Of a stretch of 64,000 bases of DNA, positions 40,974 to 51,263 are shown in pieces. The notes under the pieces were generated by a model. It did no database searches. It was not told where the DNA came from and saw only the letters and a program-made list of their open reading frames with translations. Location of the stretch: positions 3,840,001 to 3,904,000 of the forward strand of contig CAWKDB010000010.1 of NCBI GenBank assembly GCA_963848295.1, written 5' to 3'. The position numbers and the translations under genes are program-made. Origin of the DNA: an uncultured delta proteobacterium (lineage in GTDB: Bacteria > Myxococcota_A > Polyangia > Haliangiales > Haliangiaceae). Positions within the stretch are counted from its first letter, which is position 1. The number at the start of each line of letters is the position of its first letter.

Positions 40974-41999
40974 ATGCAACAGCCGATGGCCATTCGCGCG
41001 CAGCTTACTGTTGTCGTCATGCTCATCGCTGGTGCCTGTGGCCGAACCGACGATGGGGCGCCAGCTCCGATCGGCCCGCCGGTCCGCGTCGACGGATCGA
41101 GCACGGTCTATCTCGTGTCAAAGGTCATGGCCGACGAAGCCGAGAAGCAAGGCCTCGCGAAGGCCGCGGTCAGCGAGTCCGGAACCACCGGCGGCTTCAA
41201 GAAACTCTGCGCGGGAGAGATCGATGTCGCGGGCGCATCGCGCCCGATCCAGCAAGTCGAGCTCGATGCGTGCCGCGCGTCCGGGGTCGAATTCATCGAG
41301 TTGCCGATCGGCTACGACGGCCTCGCGGTGGTGGTGAACGTCGACGACACGTGGGCGGATCACCTCACGGTCTCGGAGTTGAAGCGGATGTGGGAGCCTG
41401 CGGCCACGAAGACGATCACGAACTGGAACCAGATCCGGAGCTCGTTTCCTGATCGCGCGTTGCATCTTTTCGGCCCAGGCGGAGACTCGGGAACCTTCGA
41501 CTACTTCACGCAGGCGGTCATCGGTACGCAGCGTGCGAGCCGGACCGACTACACGGGCAGCGAAGACGACATGGTGCTCGTTCAGGGTGTCGCGAACGAT
41601 GCGAACGCGCTCGGCTATTTCGGCTACGCGTACCTGCGCAACGAGCCGAAGCTGCGCGCCGTGCCGATCGACGATGAGGACAAGACGAACGGCGACGGAC
41701 CGATCGCCCCGTCACCGACGACCGTTGCCAACGGCACGTATCAACCGCTATCGCGGCCAATCTTCATCTACGTCAACGCGAAGTCGATCGCGCGCCCCGA
41801 GGTCGATCGATTCGTGTCGTTCTATCTGCGAGCGGCCCGCGAGCTGACGGCGGACGTTGGCTACGTATCGCTGCCGTCGTACACGGATTCGCTCGTCGAG
41901 GCTCGCTACACCGCGCGCCGTACGGGAACGATGTTCGCCGGACACACGCCGAGCATCGGCGTGACGATGGACGAGCTACTCGATGTAGAGAAGCGATAG
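40974..41999 (+). CDS. pstS: PstS-family phosphate-binding lipoprotein, no pstCAB alongside
   Basis: [33 protein letters not shown]. Confidence 0.9.
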   Translation: MQQPMAIRAQLTVVVMLIAGACGRTDDGAPAPIGPPVRVDGSSTVYLVSKVMADEAEKQGLAKAAVSESGTTGGFKKLCAGEIDVAGASRPIQQVELDACRASGVEFIELPIGYDGLAVVVNVDDTWADHLTVSELKRMWEPAATKTITNWNQIRSSFPDRALHLFGPGGDSGTFDYFTQAVIGTQRASRTDYTGSEDDMVLVQGVANDANALGYFGYAYLRNEPKLRAVPIDDEDKTNGDGPIAPSPTTVANGTYQPLSRPIFIYVNAKSIARPEVDRFVSFYLRAARELTADVGYVSLPSYTDSLVEARYTARRTGTMFAGHTPSIGVTMDELLDVEKR

Positions 42000-42072
42000 T
42001 CGCGATCCCGCGCTGCACTAGACTGAACTGCGACACCACTCGGGTTCGCCCCGAGAATCCGCGGTCCAGACG

Positions 42073-42756
42073 TTACTGTACGCCGAGCGCCTCTTCCCAC
42101 GGGGTCGAGAACAGCAGGTAGTCGCCGAAGTCGAACGGGTTCTGCTCGAGCTGCGCGCGCTGGTCGTCGGTGAGCGCCGCGAGGAACCGCTTGTTCTGGT
42201 GATCGACATCGTCGAGGAGCTCGCGCGCGAGCTCGACGCCGGCCATCGGCTTGGTCGCCATCGAGATCTCGCCGTCCATCACCGCGGAGACGAGGCGATT
42301 CTCGATCGCGCTCGCGGCGTCTTTCGTCGCGCCATCGAGCTCTGCGAGCTGGTGTTGGTCGAGGTGCGCGAGCTGGGCGAAGTCGTCGCGAACGCGCGCG
42401 ACGCGGGCTCGCTGCGGTGCGATCGCGCGCTGCGCGAACGGCACGACCCGATCGCGATACGCGAGCAGGTCTTCGCCCGGCTGCGGAGCGAACCACATCG
42501 CCCAGCCCGGGATCTTGAACCCGTAGAGGTCCATGCCGTCGTTGCTCGCGGCCGGTGCCGCCGCCGAGTCGTCGGCTTGTCCGCGCTCGCCGTTGCTGTT
42601 CGAGGTGCGCCACTCGCTCGGGTGCGGCGACTTCGAACAGTCCGCTGCGGGAGACGCCGGGGCATGCTCGCCGCCGCGCGAGCAATCGCGCCAGCCCTGG
42701 TAGATGCAGATCGCTCCGAGCAGGATCGCGAGCCGGCGCCAACCGATCGAGGTCAT
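42073..42756 (-). CDS. Membrane-anchored helical hypothetical protein
   Basis: ATGA-coupled to the Lgt fusion; N-terminal hydrophobic segment. Confidence 0.7.
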   Translation of the reverse strand: MTSIGWRRLAILLGAICIYQGWRDCSRGGEHAPASPAADCSKSPHPSEWRTSNSNGERGQADDSAAAPAASNDGMDLYGFKIPGWAMWFAPQPGEDLLAYRDRVVPFAQRAIAPQRARVARVRDDFAQLAHLDQHQLAELDGATKDAASAIENRLVSAVMDGEISMATKPMAGVELARELLDDVDHQNKRFLAALTDDQRAQLEQNPFDFGDYLLFSTPWEEALGVQ

Positions 42757-44402
42757 GGTGCCTCCGCCGTGACGGGTGCGGGTGGAGCGGGCGGTGGCGG
42801 GACGGTCGACGGTGGAGGAGCAGGCTGAAGCGGCGCGGGTGCGGGTCGCGCGCGGCCGCCGAGATCGAAGCGATACGCGGCGCCGATCCGCACTTGAAAC
42901 GTCGTGATCGGGCCGCCGAGATCCGATGCGGTCATCACATCGAACGTGATCGGACGCGCCCACAACGTCCACGAGCGCGCGATCGCGTACTCGGCGAGGG
43001 CTTCGAAGCGGAACGCCGATCCGGTCGCGCCGGTGAATACCGGATCCTTGAAGCTCACGAACGTCGCGCCCGCCCCGACGCGACCGCCGAAGCTGAACCT
43101 GCCGAACCTCGTCATCGCGCTGCCCGAAACCAGGACCGTGCGGTGATACGCGTCGACATTGCTGTAGTTGTCGAAGTCGAGCCACACGCCGGCAGTGCGG
43201 CCGATGCCGTACCCGACCGACAGCGATTCGCCGGCGAGCGACGCGACCTGATCGGACCGGCGATTGATCGGCGAGGCGAGGCCGAGCAGCAGCCCGACCT
43301 CGAGGCCGTTCGTGATCCCGGTAGGCGGCGGCGCGGCGACGACCGCGACCGCGGCGGGCTGCGGCGCAGCGCCGGTGGATTGCGCGGGCGGTGGCGTCGC
43401 GGCGGCGGGTAACGGCGTCGCGGCGGGCTGCGCGGGCGGCGGCGCGGCGTCGGCGGGCTGTGGAGGTTGCGGCGCCGCGGCGGCGGGTTGCGCCGGCGTC
43501 GCCGGAGCCGGCTGCGCCTCCGCATGATTCGGCGCGAACAGCGCGATCGCGAACGCTGCGGCGACGCTCGCGAACGCCGCGGCTCGCCGCCTCGCCACGA
43601 TCGTGACGCCGATCGCGAGCAACACCGCGAGCGAGAAGATCTGACCGCTTGATAGCCCGAGGTAGATGCCGCGACCGGCGTCGCCGCGCACCGCTTCGAT
43701 CGGCAGCCGGCCGAGCGCATACGCGGCCGCGATGACGAGAAATACTCGGCCCTCACGCGCGCGCACCCAGCGCGATCGCCGCGCGACGAGCGCGAGCCCG
43801 ACCATGACCAGCCCGAGCAGCGCTTCGTAAAGCTGAGTCGGGTGGACCGGCAACGAATCGGCGCGCCCCGGCGGTAGCAATCCGCTTTGCAAGTGATCGA
43901 CCCACGCCGGGCTGCCGGCGGGGAACCGCACCGCCCACGGCACCGATGTCACCTTGCCGTAGTCGCAGCCTGCGAGAAAACAGCCGAGTCGCACGAAGCA
44001 CAGGGCCATCCCGATCGGCGCCGCGGCGAGATCGAGCAGACGCGCGACGGGGATGCGATGCGCGCGACAGACCGCGGCGACCGCCGCGATCCCGGCGAGA
44101 TATCCCCAGAACGACGTCATCCCGGCCCACCGCAGGTTCACTCGCCCGGTCGCGAACAGCTGCTGGAGCGTATCGATCGCCATCGGGATCACGATCCCGG
44201 CGGTCACCGCCGCGAGGTAGCACCACAGCACGATGCTCGCGATCACGCGGCGCTCGATGTCGTGCCGTCTGCCGATCGCGAGCATCAAGAACAAGCACGT
44301 GACGCCGGCGAGGCCGACGCACGTGAACCAGCTCGGCGCCAACGCCGACGCGACCCCGCCCGGCATGAACCCTTCGAGCCAATGCACGACATGGGGCCTC
44401 AT
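42753..44402 (-). CDS. Lgt-family diacylglyceryl transferase fused to a probable outer-membrane beta-barrel
   Basis: RLGCFLAGCDYG, PWAVRFP, HPTQLYE, EAVRGD; then signal-peptide-like segment, Pro/Ala linker and beta-strands ending IGAAYRF. Confidence 0.8.
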   Translation of the reverse strand: MRPHVVHWLEGFMPGGVASALAPSWFTCVGLAGVTCLFLMLAIGRRHDIERRVIASIVLWCYLAAVTAGIVIPMAIDTLQQLFATGRVNLRWAGMTSFWGYLAGIAAVAAVCRAHRIPVARLLDLAAAPIGMALCFVRLGCFLAGCDYGKVTSVPWAVRFPAGSPAWVDHLQSGLLPPGRADSLPVHPTQLYEALLGLVMVGLALVARRSRWVRAREGRVFLVIAAAYALGRLPIEAVRGDAGRGIYLGLSSGQIFSLAVLLAIGVTIVARRRAAAFASVAAAFAIALFAPNHAEAQPAPATPAQPAAAAPQPPQPADAAPPPAQPAATPLPAAATPPPAQSTGAAPQPAAVAVVAAPPPTGITNGLEVGLLLGLASPINRRSDQVASLAGESLSVGYGIGRTAGVWLDFDNYSNVDAYHRTVLVSGSAMTRFGRFSFGGRVGAGATFVSFKDPVFTGATGSAFRFEALAEYAIARSWTLWARPITFDVMTASDLGGPITTFQVRIGAAYRFDLGGRARPAPAPLQPAPPPSTVPPPPAPPAPVTAEAP

Positions 44403-46099
44403 GGCTGGTCCTCGCTCGTCACATCGTTCGTGCGGTCGCGTCGACGCTTCTTGCGCGAGCGGCGCCGGACGAACGCGGCGGCTGGAATCGGCAGGAACCC
44501 CCACACGAACGACAGCACGATCGCCATGCTGGCACCGCTGTCGTCTTGCGCGACGCCGCACTGCCCACTGTTGCCGTTGCAGTCGCCGCCGCTGCCGCCG
44601 CTGCAATTGTCACAGCCACCGGAGCCGCACGAGCCGCCGCTGCCGCACGAGCCGCCGCTGCCGCACGAGCCGCCGCTGCCGCACGAGCCGCCGCCACCGC
44701 CGCAGCTGCCGCCGGAGCTGGTGCCACCACCGCCGCCGCCGCCACCGCAGCTGGTGCCGGAGCTGCTGTTGCCGCCGCTGCAACTGCCACCCGAGCTGCT
44801 GCCGGTGTTGGACGAGCACGCATCGCACGTGCCGGTGCACCCGCTCGGTCCGGTACAGCTCGGCGACGCGTCGCAGTTGCTGTTGTTGCTGCACGAGTTG
44901 CTGCAGCTCACCGAGGTCGAGCGCGGCGGTTCGGTCGGAGCGACGCCGCCGTCGAGGCCTGGGAACGGATCCTTCGGCGCTCCATAGATCTGCGCGAGGC
45001 AGGTATCGAGCGCGGTCGCACAAGGATCGGTCAAGAAGTTCGCGTTGCTCTGGAGCGTGTTGAGCGAATCCGCCGCGGTCGCATCGCGCGGACAGGCCGG
45101 CGCGCCGGAGGCGGCGCAGCTGTCGACCGACGAGATCGCGAGGGCGAGGTTGATGCAGATCAGGAAGTAGCCCTGGCCGCCGTTCGCACCCAGCATCGTG
45201 CACTCGGCGTTGCCGTCGGTGATGTTCGTGATCGGCTTGCAGCTATTGTCAGCGAGACAACTCGTGCAACGCGCGGTCTGCGCGGCGGCGCATTCTTCGA
45301 CCGAGCCATAGAAGCTGTAGGGGTTGCCGTCGTCGGCTGCGGCCCCCGCGGGGTCTCGCACGGGCGGTTGCGAGGTCGATCGAGCCGCGGCCGGTGCGGG
45401 ATCCGAGTGAGTCGAATAGGTCGCGCCGCTCGTGGGGGCGACGCGGGGCTGCTTCGCCGTGACCCCGAGCTCGACCGCCGGTGGGTCGAGCGCGGCGAGC
45501 ACCACCGGGTTGACGATCAGCTCGCCGGTGTCGTCGATGTACGCTGCGACCACGGGCAAGCGCGAGGCCGGCACGACCACGACCTGGCGATCGTGACCTC
45601 CTGCATCGATCGCGAGTGCGGCCAGCACGCCTTCGTCGCGGTCCGGTAGCTCGCGCCACGGGTGGTCGTCCCACGCCGCCGAGATCCGTACGTCGGCGAC
45701 CGGCGAGACATGATCGATGAGGTTGTGCTTCGTCGTCGCGGCGAGCGGCTCGCTCACCATCGCAGCGCCGCCGGCGAGCGCGACGTGGACCACGGCGAGC
45801 GCCTCGCTGTTCGCGCTCGCGAGCTGGACGTCATACGCGGCCAAGCCTTGCGTCACGCTATCGTCGAGCGTCGGCGCGGCGCCGAGTGCGAGCGGTGTCG
45901 GCACTGCGGTCTGATCGCAAGCCGCCGCGAGGACCGCTCGCGCCGCCGCGCGCTGCTGAGAGGTCCACTGCGACGCGGTCTCCGGGGCAATCCCGAGCAG
46001 GTCTCGCAGATCGAGATCGCCCGGGTCGACGCCGTTGTCACCCGCCGTGCAAGCAGCGAAAACTGCCAATAGGATCGCCACGCGATGCACCCTGTTCAT
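44399..46099 (-). CDS. Lipoprotein with Cys-rich domain, Gly/Ser/Cys repeats and MYXO-CTERM-like tail
   Basis: N-terminal FAAC lipobox; GQCGVA-TM-RRRSRKKRRR C-terminus. Confidence 0.75.
   Translation of the reverse strand: MNRVHRVAILLAVFAACTAGDNGVDPGDLDLRDLLGIAPETASQWTSQQRAAARAVLAAACDQTAVPTPLALGAAPTLDDSVTQGLAAYDVQLASANSEALAVVHVALAGGAAMVSEPLAATTKHNLIDHVSPVADVRISAAWDDHPWRELPDRDEGVLAALAIDAGGHDRQVVVVPASRLPVVAAYIDDTGELIVNPVVLAALDPPAVELGVTAKQPRVAPTSGATYSTHSDPAPAAARSTSQPPVRDPAGAAADDGNPYSFYGSVEECAAAQTARCTSCLADNSCKPITNITDGNAECTMLGANGGQGYFLICINLALAISSVDSCAASGAPACPRDATAADSLNTLQSNANFLTDPCATALDTCLAQIYGAPKDPFPGLDGGVAPTEPPRSTSVSCSNSCSNNSNCDASPSCTGPSGCTGTCDACSSNTGSSSGGSCSGGNSSSGTSCGGGGGGGGTSSGGSCGGGGGSCGSGGSCGSGGSCGSGGSCGSGGCDNCSGGSGGDCNGNSGQCGVAQDDSGASMAIVLSFVWGFLPIPAAAFVRRRSRKKRRRDRTNDVTSEDQP
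44624..44694. repeat. 18-bp tandem repeat, ~4 copies, encoding SGGSCG
   Basis: Unit GCCGCACGAGCCGCCGCT. Confidence 0.9.
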
Positions 46100-46243
46100 C
46101 GCGTTCAGCTTCGTCCGGGCCGCGCAACAACTCAAGAACTTGGCAGACTCTGCCGGATAGGTCTCGGTGATGAAGGCTTCACGAGCCCCCGGCGCAGCGA
46201 AGGCGAGCTCCGGCATCGCGAGCGGCTCGTCGCGCGATCGGGA

Positions 46244-47332
46244 TCAAGGCACGGCGAGCGGCCCGGTGACGACCGCCGCGGGATCGGCGCACAGGTGCAT
46301 CGTCGCGCTCGCGTCGGGTGCAGGCTCGATCTCGGGACCGAGGTCGGCGTCGGTCGACAGCGCCCACAGGCGATCGACACACGGCGGTGTCGTGCGCAGC
46401 GCCGGCAGCACGATCGGAAACAGCGTGGTGCCGACCGCGTGGTCGCCGGAGCGCAGCACGGTTCCAGCGGGCAGGTAATCGACCATCTTCGCCGGCGAGG
46501 CAGCGCGACCATGACCGCTATAGCCATAACCGCGTCCGACCGAGACCGATTTGACGTCGCCGTCCGCGACCGCGACCGTAAGGTTGCGGCACGGCGCGTG
46601 AGCCTGCACGAAAGTCGTGCCGTGGCCGTGCGGTTCGGCTGTCGCGGAGAACAGCGCGGTGCGGACGTGCAGGTGGTCCGGGCCGAGACGCGCGGGCGCA
46701 TCCCTCACCTCGTAGTTCACCGGCGTGTCGGCGTCGCTGGCTCGTTCGATCGGCGCTTGGAACGCGAGCCCGACCGCGTTGTCCGGTATTGGCAACGTGA
46801 CAGTATCGCCGGCCAGCGCGACGCGAAAGCCGCCCGCACGGTGTACGACGGCGACGCCAGGCTCGAGCGCGATCCGCGTTCCATCGACGAATTGCTTCGC
46901 GAACGGGTGGGCGAGCACGGGAGACAGCTCGTCGCGCCGGACAAAGACCCGGACATGTTCGAGGTCGGATGGCGGCACGAACGTGATCCAGCCGCATTGT
47001 TCATCCTCGACTGCTTCGACCTCGAGGAACGCGCCCACGCTCGACACCACGGTCATCGGCGCGGCGGCTCCGAGCGGTCTGGCGTGAGAGGCCAGGCGGC
47101 CGAGCGTCACGTAGGGCGCACTCGGCGACGGCTCGAGGTAGAGCCGCGCATCGGCCCAGACCAACACGATGCCGGCGAGCGGCGGCTCGGCGACCGCCGC
47201 CGGATGGCTGGGAGCGGTCACCGGATCGGTTCCGCCGGTCCAGCAACCGGCAAGCGCCAGCGCGGCCACCGCTGTCACGTTGCCAATACCGGACAACGCG
47301 GTCGGGCTCGCGCTCCGGGCGGCACCCGCCAT
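46244..47332 (-). CDS. Putative lipoprotein
   Basis: TAATG overlap with the rdgB stop; LALAGC lipobox. Confidence 0.7.
   Translation of the reverse strand: MAGAARSASPTALSGIGNVTAVAALALAGCWTGGTDPVTAPSHPAAVAEPPLAGIVLVWADARLYLEPSPSAPYVTLGRLASHARPLGAAAPMTVVSSVGAFLEVEAVEDEQCGWITFVPPSDLEHVRVFVRRDELSPVLAHPFAKQFVDGTRIALEPGVAVVHRAGGFRVALAGDTVTLPIPDNAVGLAFQAPIERASDADTPVNYEVRDAPARLGPDHLHVRTALFSATAEPHGHGTTFVQAHAPCRNLTVAVADGDVKSVSVGRGYGYSGHGRAASPAKMVDYLPAGTVLRSGDHAVGTTLFPIVLPALRTTPPCVDRLWALSTDADLGPEIEPAPDASATMHLCADPAAVVTGPLAVP
46763..47312. repeat. Perfect 41-bp inverted repeat pair (46763-46803 and 47272-47312)
   Basis: CGCGAGCCCGACCGCGTTGTCCGGTATTGGCAACGTGACAG and its exact reverse complement. Confidence 0.95.
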
Positions 47333-47955
47333 TACTGTTCCGCGAGTTGCTGCAAGTACGCGAGCAGCTGCGGCTTGATCGCTTGCATCGCTCGCGCGCG
47401 ATGCGACAGATCGCTCTTCGTGCCGACGCCGGCCTCCGCGAACGTCTGGCCGAGCTCGGGCGAGAAGAACAAAGGGTCGTAGCCGAAGCCGCCGACGCCG
47501 CGCGCGCTCGTCAGGATCGTGCCCTCGCACGTGCCGCCGGCGGTGATCAGGCGATCGCCGAGCGGACCAGCGACATCGGCGAACGCGAGCGCGGCACGGA
47601 AGCGCGCGGAGCGGCGCTCCGGTGCAACGCCGGCAAGCGCGGCGAGCAGCTTCGCGTTGTTCTCGGCGTCGGTCGCGCTCGCACCGGCGTAGCGCGCGCT
47701 GTAAACGCCGGGCGCTCCGTCGAGCGCGTCGACCTCGAGCCCACTGTCGTCGGCGAGCGCGGGCAACCCGGTCGCGCGCGAGACCTCGCGAGCCTTCTTC
47801 GCGGCGTTGCCGGCGAACGTGTCGGCGTCCTCGACGACCTCGGGGACCGGGTGCTCGAGCTCGTCGACCGCGACGACCGAAATCCCGGGCAGCAGCGCGC
47901 GTAGCTCGACGAGCTTGCCGCGGTTGCGAGTCGCGAACACGAGCGGTCGCGTCAT
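47332..47955 (-). CDS. rdgB: XTP/dITP diphosphatase
   Basis: ATRNRGK, ADDSGL, PGVYSAR, GFGYDP, SHR; downstream of rph. Confidence 0.95.
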   Translation of the reverse strand: MTRPLVFATRNRGKLVELRALLPGISVVAVDELEHPVPEVVEDADTFAGNAAKKAREVSRATGLPALADDSGLEVDALDGAPGVYSARYAGASATDAENNAKLLAALAGVAPERRSARFRAALAFADVAGPLGDRLITAGGTCEGTILTSARGVGGFGYDPLFFSPELGQTFAEAGVGTKSDLSHRARAMQAIKPQLLAYLQQLAEQ

Positions 47956-48656
47956 GCGCCGGCGATGGCTCGTTGCGCGGCGACGAGCTGGCGAATCCCG
48001 CCGAGCGCGAGATCGAGCATCGCGTCGAGTTGCTTGCGGTCGAAGCTCGCATGCTCCGCGGTGCCTTGGACTTCGATCAGCTTGCCCTCGGCATCGCCGA
48101 CGACGTTCATGTCGACGTCCGCCTTCGAGTCCTCGACGTAGGGCAAGTCGAGCACGATCTCGCCACCGACGACGCCGACCGACACCGCGGCGACCGGTGG
48201 CCGCAGCGCGCGCAGATCCGCGAGCTGGCCGCGGCCGACCAACGTCTTGAGCGCGAGCGCGAGCGCGACCCACGCGCCGGTGATCGAGGCGACGCGCGTG
48301 CCGCCGTCGGCCGACAACACGTCGCAGTCGACTGCGATCGTGCGCTCGCCGAGCTTGTCGAGATCGATGGCCGCGCGCAGCGACCGGCCGATCAGCCGCT
48401 GGATCTCCTTGCCGCGACCGCCGGGGTCTCGCTTGCTCCGGGTGTGCGTCGAGCGCGGCAGCATCGCGTACTCGGCGGTGAGCCAGCCCTTGCCTTTACC
48501 GGCGAGAAACGACGGCACGCCTTGCTCGACGCTCGCGGCGCACAGCACCCAGGTGTCGCCGAGCTTGATCAGCGCGGAGCCTTCGGCGTGCTTCTGATAG
48601 TTCGGGATGATTTCTAGCGGGCGGAGTTGGTCGGCGCGTCGGCCGTCGGGGCGCAT
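47952..48656 (-). CDS. rph: Ribonuclease PH
   Basis: [42 protein letters not shown]. Confidence 0.96.
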   Translation of the reverse strand: MRPDGRRADQLRPLEIIPNYQKHAEGSALIKLGDTWVLCAASVEQGVPSFLAGKGKGWLTAEYAMLPRSTHTRSKRDPGGRGKEIQRLIGRSLRAAIDLDKLGERTIAVDCDVLSADGGTRVASITGAWVALALALKTLVGRGQLADLRALRPPVAAVSVGVVGGEIVLDLPYVEDSKADVDMNVVGDAEGKLIEVQGTAEHASFDRKQLDAMLDLALGGIRQLVAAQRAIAGA

Positions 48657-48685
48657 GGCGCGCAGGCTACCCCGACCGCGGTGCC

Positions 48686-48790
48686 TGTTGCACCCCTGTT
48701 GCAGCCCGCGCGGTGTTGCAGTCGATCTGCGCGGACCGCGCCGCAGAAACACCAGGTTGCGAGCGCGGTGCGGCTGGCACGTCACTTGAT
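48686..48790 (+). promoter_or_regulatory. Putative sigma54 promoter with upstream activator sites
   Basis: TGGCAC-GTCAC-TTGAT at 48775-48790; three TGTTGCA repeats at 48686, 48697, 48714. Confidence 0.6.
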
Positions 48791-48845
48791 ATGAGCCGCC
48801 ACATCCCTCGCAACCCATTCAGGACCGAGTGAGAAGGAAAATTCG

Positions 48846-49403
48846 ATGCGTACCAACCTCATGATCCTCATCCTTGGGCTCGGCCTCACCGCCGGGTGCA
48901 GTAAGAAATCCAAAGACGGCGGTAGCGCGCCGAACGCCAAAGAAGCGCCGACCGCTACCGCGCCGACCGGTGCCGCGCCGACTGCTGGCGCGTCCGGCGG
49001 TGACATCGATCTCTCGCCCGGCGGCGCCACTTGGAAAGGCTGGCACGCCAAGGGCGACGACGCACAGGTGACCGACGCCGGCACCGGCGACGGCATGATC
49101 AACGTGACTTTCAAGACGTTCGGGTTCGCGCTCACACAAGGCGACTTGCACATCTCCGACATGAAGAACGGCGCGAAGGCTGCGGTCGAGGGCTCGAACG
49201 GCAAGGTCACGTTCACGACCGACAAGCCAGACGCGCTCGACTACGTCACCGAGCGGGCAAACGCCGACGGTGCACCGATCAAGACCTATGGCTTCGCGAT
49301 GTACGTCACCGCGAGCGGCAAGAAGATCGGCTGCTCCGCGGTGCTCGACGATCTCGATCAAATCGCGACCGCCAAGGCCGTGTGCCAGTCGGTCCACAAG
49401 TAA
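48846..49403 (+). CDS. Lipoprotein
   Basis: LTAGC lipobox; C-terminal IGC...AKAVCQSV. Confidence 0.8.
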   Translation: MRTNLMILILGLGLTAGCSKKSKDGGSAPNAKEAPTATAPTGAAPTAGASGGDIDLSPGGATWKGWHAKGDDAQVTDAGTGDGMINVTFKTFGFALTQGDLHISDMKNGAKAAVEGSNGKVTFTTDKPDALDYVTERANADGAPIKTYGFAMYVTASGKKIGCSAVLDDLDQIATAKAVCQSVHK

Positions 49404-49418
49404 CCACAAGGACATGTC

Positions 49419-49904
49419 ATGACCAAGAACACCTCGTTCCTACTCGCGCTCGCACTCGTCACCATCACCGGCTGCAAGAAATCGGGCGGCGATGGTGCCG
49501 CACCGTCGGGCAAAGCCGTCGAGGCCGGCCCGGTGAAGATCGCGAAGCTCGGGCTTCAGATTGATATCGGTGGCGAGACCTCGGTCAGCGATGGCATCGG
49601 CGCGAGCTCGCAGATGCTCGCGAGCGACAGCATCGGTGCGCTCAATGTCCAAGCCGCGGACAAGAAGCAGACCATCGACGACGCGAAGTCGGACGCCGCC
49701 ATGTTCAACCCGAAGAACCTCAAGGCCGAGACGCTGGCCGATGGCTGGGCGCTGACCTACGACAACGTCGGCAGCGCCGGCGCGAACTTCTTCGTCACCG
49801 TCCAGCGCGACATCGGCGGCAAGACCTACAATTGTGCGACGACGGCGAACGACGCCGACCACGCGAAGGCGGTCCTCGCCGCGTGCAAGACGCTGCGCAA
49901 GTAG
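49419..49904 (+). CDS. Lipoprotein, probable distant paralog of the previous gene
   Basis: ITGC lipobox; C-terminal YNC...LAACKTL. Confidence 0.8.
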   Translation: MTKNTSFLLALALVTITGCKKSGGDGAAPSGKAVEAGPVKIAKLGLQIDIGGETSVSDGIGASSQMLASDSIGALNVQAADKKQTIDDAKSDAAMFNPKNLKAETLADGWALTYDNVGSAGANFFVTVQRDIGGKTYNCATTANDADHAKAVLAACKTLRK

Positions 49905-49915
49905 CGATGTCGGAC

Positions 49916-51226
<1,311 letters not shown>

Positions 51227-51263
51227 GCCGGATCTGACTGTAGCGCGGTACAGTGCCGCCGCG

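Noticed and set aside
42044..42052. Fourth att core (GTTCGCCCC) closing the arsenic island
   Set aside because: A 9-bp GC-rich match can arise by chance, and it sits in a CTCGGG/CCCGAG hairpin between convergent genes; the position is suggestive only
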